Source of the DNA: a bacterium
GTDB taxonomy: Bacteria; Cyanobacteriota; Vampirovibrionia; Gastranaerophilales; JBAXKC01
Assembly (NCBI GenBank): GCA_037137535.1
Contig: JBAXKC010000025.1
Span: 1 to 42,334 of the forward strand
Reading direction: 5' to 3'
Length of the DNA: 42,334 nt
Position 1 is the first letter of the stretch, and the number at the start of each line of letters is the position of its first letter. The notes under the pieces were generated by a model that worked only from the letters and a program-made list of their open reading frames with translations, did no database searches and was not told where the DNA came from. A program made the position numbers and the translations under genes. Shown piece after piece: positions 38,517 through 42,334 of this stretch.

Positions 38517-38884
38517 GGATTGTCTACAGGGACAGGAATTTTAACAGGAACAAGCTCTTTATTTCCTAACTTGCTAAATTCCTCAGCTTTGTTGCCTCCG
38601 CCACCACTACCACCACCTGGCCCTTTAGGTCCTTCACCGTCAAAGAATTTTTTAATAGCTTTCCATGCTTTTTGAGCATCTTCTTTTATAACTTCTGGCA
38701 CATCTTCAAGTGTAACCTGTGCTTTTTCAAAAAAATCCTTTTCTCTTTTCTCCATCTGACGATAAAATCTTTGTCTATCGACAGGATCTTGCATAATCTT
38801 TTTTGCTCTGTCTAAAATAGGCTTCTCTTTACCTTGAAAACTAACTTGATTTACTAATGGTGAACTTGCTCTACCTACATTCAT
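38513..38884 (-). CDS. Hypothetical protein with a Gly-rich linker and Pro/Val-rich tail
   Basis: GAGG RBS before ATG 38884; leader ends in VSFQG; C-terminus ELVPVKIPVPVDNP. Confidence 0.7.
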   Translation of the reverse strand: MNVGRASSPLVNQVSFQGKEKPILDRAKKIMQDPVDRQRFYRQMEKREKDFFEKAQVTLEDVPEVIKEDAQKAWKAIKKFFDGEGPKGPGGGSGGGGNKAEEFSKLGNKELVPVKIPVPVDNP

Positions 38885-38976
38885 AATCTGCCTCACTTTT
38901 TCATATTCTGTTTTAATAGTTCAACTGTTAATTGAATTATTACATGAAAAACAAAATAGAAAAAAAATTGCCCAAC

Positions 38977-39001
38977 AAAAAAAGCAGTTCCGAAGAACTG
39001 C
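38977..39001 (-). terminator. Intrinsic terminator with a cUUCGg loop after the response regulator
   Basis: Minus strand GCAGTTC-TTCG-GAACTGC-TTTTTTT. Confidence 0.85.
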
Positions 39002-39023
39002 CTAATCTTGTTTAAAAAATTAA

Positions 39024-39701
39024 TTATATAATATTTTCTCTGATTGATTTAACCGCTGCCTGAACTCTATCATCAACGCAAAGTTTTTGCAGAATACTAC
39101 AAACATGTGCTTTTGCAGTATGAACACTTACAATAAGGTCTTTTGCAATTTCTGTATTGCTTTTTCCTTTCACGAGAAGTCTTAATACTTCAAGTTCTCT
39201 TTCTGTAAGCTGGGCTCTTGCATCAGGAACTTCTGATGAGTTTCTTATTCTTGTTGATTCAGGTTTCGGGAAAAGATTAAGAGCCACTTTTGCAATTGCA
39301 GGATCTAACCATGCAGCACCTTGATCTACACTTTTAATAACACTTACAAGCGTATTAGGATCAATATCTTTCAAGCAATAAGCATTTGCACCTGAACCTA
39401 AAGAGGAAAGAACCTCTTCATCTCTGTCATGAGAAGTTAAAATAATAATTTTAATATTAGCATCAAACGCTTTTACCTGTTGAGTTGCCTCAATTCCGTT
39501 AATACCCGGAAGACCTAAGTCCATAAGAACAACATCAGGTTTTAGTTGTTTAATTACTTCAACACCTTTTTCACCATCTTCTGCTTCACCAACAACACTA
39601 ATACCGTCAAATTCGTTCAATGAGGATCTTAAACCAACTCTAGTAAGTTTATAATCTTCTACAATAACCACACTAACAGTTTTTACGCTTGTTACAGACA
39701 T
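39024..39701 (-). CDS. NarL/LuxR family response regulator
   Basis: REC domain (VED, LMDLGLP, T, K) plus LTERELEVL HTH; GGGAG RBS before ATG 39701. Confidence 0.95.
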   Translation of the reverse strand: MSVTSVKTVSVVIVEDYKLTRVGLRSSLNEFDGISVVGEAEDGEKGVEVIKQLKPDVVLMDLGLPGINGIEATQQVKAFDANIKIIILTSHDRDEEVLSSLGSGANAYCLKDIDPNTLVSVIKSVDQGAAWLDPAIAKVALNLFPKPESTRIRNSSEVPDARAQLTERELEVLRLLVKGKSNTEIAKDLIVSVHTAKAHVCSILQKLCVDDRVQAAVKSIRENII

Positions 39702-39851
39702 TTTTTTCTCCCGATTTATAATTTCCACTAATTTTTCAGATTAAAGTTTTTTAAACATAACAATTTAACTCTTGTATAAGTAAAGAATACATATAAAATA
39801 AAAAATATTCCCCGATTAGCTATTATTTTATATCCCACATGCCCAATCGGG

Positions 39852-41111
39852 CTATTTATTAATATAAGAAAGTGCCTCACCTGCCGAATATAAAGAACCT
39901 GCAACTATAACAATATCAGTATCTTTCCTTAGCTCTTCCGCATAATCTAAAGCTTCTTGCATAGATGTTTTAGCAATTATATGCATTTTATTATCAATAA
40001 GATTTAAGATATTTGTTTGTATATCTTGCGGTTCAGCAAAATTCATAGAAGACGTTTTAGTACAAATTACTATATCTTCTTTTTTCATTAAAAATTTAAT
40101 TACTTCAATATAGTTTTTATTTATCAAAGTGGAATAAACCCATATTCTTTTTTGTGAAGGAAAATAAATATCAAGACTTTCTCTAAGAAGTTTAGCCGCC
40201 GATGGGTTATGAGCTCCATCAATAATGATATTTCTGTCCTTTATATGTTGAAATCTTGCATTCCATTTAACCTGACCAAGTGCCGTAATAACAGACTTTT
40301 CCTCTATATTAAAATTATTTTCTTTTAATACTTCTAACGCTTTTAATACAAGTGAAAGATTTTTTAACTGCCAAATTCCTTTTAAAGACAGATTAACTTG
40401 ACCTAAATGAGTATGAAGAAGATCATTTTCGGATTTATAATCCATATACTCAGTTAAGAAAACAGGGGCAACTTTTTCAAGTGCAATTTCTTTTATTACT
40501 GCAACACCATTATTATCATTTAAAGTAAGAACAGGAGAGTTTATTTTTATTATTCCTGCTTTTTCAAAGGCGATCTGCTCAATTGTTTCGCCAAGTCGGT
40601 CAGTATGGTCAAAATCAATAGAAGTAATTATGGACATAAGAGGATTATCAACAACATTAGTTGCATCCAACCTACCTCCTAGCCCTGTTTCCATAATAAC
40701 TACATCAGCATTATTTTCATAAAAGTATAAAAAGGCCATAACCGTTAAAATTTCAAATTCTGTAGGATCAATATTATTGCTTAAAGCTGTTTCTATCACT
40801 CTGTTCGTTAATTCAGCAAACTCTTTTTCAGATATTTCAATATCATTAATTTTTATTCTCTCAGTATATTTAATAAGATGTGGACTTGTATATAATCCTG
40901 TTTTATATCCGCTGAATTCCAAGATTTTTGCAAGCATAGCACAGGTTGAGCCTTTTCCATTAGTACCTGCAACATGAATTACTTTTAGTTCAGTTTGAGG
41001 ATTATTAAAAATATTCAATAATTTTTCGACACGTTCAAGCCCAAGTGAAATTTTAAACTTTCCACAAGACATTAATTCTTTGACAGCTTCTGAATAAAGC
41101 ATATTTTCCAT
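39852..41111 (-). CDS. folC: Folylpolyglutamate synthase/dihydrofolate synthase
   Basis: GTNGKGS, TSPHL, ETGLGGRLDATN, EKAGI, DGAHN, GSLY. Confidence 0.97.
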   Translation of the reverse strand: MENMLYSEAVKELMSCGKFKISLGLERVEKLLNIFNNPQTELKVIHVAGTNGKGSTCAMLAKILEFSGYKTGLYTSPHLIKYTERIKINDIEISEKEFAELTNRVIETALSNNIDPTEFEILTVMAFLYFYENNADVVIMETGLGGRLDATNVVDNPLMSIITSIDFDHTDRLGETIEQIAFEKAGIIKINSPVLTLNDNNGVAVIKEIALEKVAPVFLTEYMDYKSENDLLHTHLGQVNLSLKGIWQLKNLSLVLKALEVLKENNFNIEEKSVITALGQVKWNARFQHIKDRNIIIDGAHNPSAAKLLRESLDIYFPSQKRIWVYSTLINKNYIEVIKFLMKKEDIVICTKTSSMNFAEPQDIQTNILNLIDNKMHIIAKTSMQEALDYAEELRKDTDIVIVAGSLYSAGEALSYINK

Positions 41112-41179
41112 TATTTATAAACCCGTTTAACTCTGCTCAATTATATTTCAGCATAAAAAAGTTTATTTATTAATATATT

Positions 41180-42121
41180 TTATTGATCTGCATTAGAAAT
41201 TTGTGTGGATGATTTCCCCGAAAGTGATTTTGCAAAAGTAAACTCGCTCTGACTTTGCTCATCACCGACAAATCTGATATGCCATGGCTCATAGCTCACA
41301 TGCTGTGAATTATTGCGAGGAAAAGAAAGTTCAAAACCATACTTTGACATATTTGCCATTAACCATTTTGAAGCCTGAGAATCCTCAAAAGACTTGCTAA
41401 GATAGCTTGAAGGATTACTTCCATCGCCTACATCTATTGCATAACCGGTATGATGCTCACTAAAGCCGGGAGGTGCACTTACAAAAGCTCTTTGGGCAGG
41501 AGTCTGACCTCTTTGTTTTGCAACTCCATAAAATAAGTCATTTTGATTATCAACTGACCTAAATCCACTAAGAGGAATAATATTTACTCCATCATTTTTA
41601 GCATCACTTACCATTTTTTTATACGCAACAGCAGCACTCTGCTTTAACGAAACATTATTTCCTACCGACTCCAACTCACTTTGTGATGCTTCATCATATT
41701 TTATGTGAATTATATTGCCAAATTTTGAAATTTCTCTAGGAGTAACAGTTTGAGCTTTTATCGTGTTATCAGGCGAAAGATCATCTTGAACAGGAGCTTC
41801 TAACTTACCCATTTCAACAGTTGTAACTGAACCAATAGGAGCGGTTGAAGGTTGAACAAGTTCGATTTTTTCTCCATTTTCAGGTTCTTTTTTAAAAATA
41901 TTATTTACTACATTACTTTTTAATGCGACAAATTCAGTCGCACATAAAGCCAATATAGCAGTTGCCGTAACAATACCATTTCTTAAATCAGAGCCTTTAT
42001 TTGAAGTAAAAGATATAGAATCAGAATGATTTAAATTTATATTTTGATTTGACTTTATAACTGAATTTTTAGGATTTTGATTTAATAATAAATTGTTTGA
42101 ATGAAAATTAGATACTAACAT
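41180..42121 (-). CDS. M15B VanY-like D,D-carboxypeptidase with an N-terminal leader and hydrophobic segment
   Basis: SGFRS, SAPPGFSEHHTGYAID, YEPWH. Confidence 0.9.
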   Translation of the reverse strand: MLVSNFHSNNLLLNQNPKNSVIKSNQNINLNHSDSISFTSNKGSDLRNGIVTATAILALCATEFVALKSNVVNNIFKKEPENGEKIELVQPSTAPIGSVTTVEMGKLEAPVQDDLSPDNTIKAQTVTPREISKFGNIIHIKYDEASQSELESVGNNVSLKQSAAVAYKKMVSDAKNDGVNIIPLSGFRSVDNQNDLFYGVAKQRGQTPAQRAFVSAPPGFSEHHTGYAIDVGDGSNPSSYLSKSFEDSQASKWLMANMSKYGFELSFPRNNSQHVSYEPWHIRFVGDEQSQSEFTFAKSLSGKSSTQISNADQ

Positions 42122-42334
42122 ATGAAAACTTCCTCTCTTATAAGTGATTTAAGTTCAAATATTTAAAAAATGAACAGATCAAATATTATTTTTATAATTT
42201 ATTTTTTACTATCGTAATATTAATATTTTTTACGATTATGCTACAAGTTTAGCCAATCAGACTATATTTAATTTTATTTTTCTTAGAAGCTGTTTGGTTA
42301 AAAACATTTTTTAACGGTAACCCTTATCATTGCT

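Noticed and set aside
41180-42121. Vancomycin resistance locus
   Set aside because: A lone M15B peptidase with no vanHAX or vanRS genes in the window.

Overview
AT-rich bacterial chromosomal window, most likely from a non-photosynthetic relative of Cyanobacteria (Vampirovibrionia/Melainabacteria, Gastranaerophilales-like). This is inferred from IctB-, NblS/Hik33- and DUF4330-like genes with no photosynthesis genes in the window. The backbone is housekeeping: an LPS plus shikimate operon (hldA/rfaE, DUF4330, ictB-like, GT9, aroC, aroK, aroB), 6S RNA, tsaE/tsaB/tsaD, nrnA, pyrF, pepP/pepA, mglA-nblS, recN, rseP, comF, folC and a VanY-like peptidase. Orphan ORFs are interspersed, and many share an N/K/Q/S-rich leader ending in a [VI]-[SAN]-F-x-[GSNT] motif. 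The standout is a five-gene tandem array (29127-30881) of ~112-aa paralogues built from three swappable modules joined by conserved linkers, each copy carrying a different module combination. Features missed by the ORF track include two small ORFs (16663-17021), the 6S RNA and a decayed IS3-family end. All assignments come from motif recognition by eye; no database searches were run.
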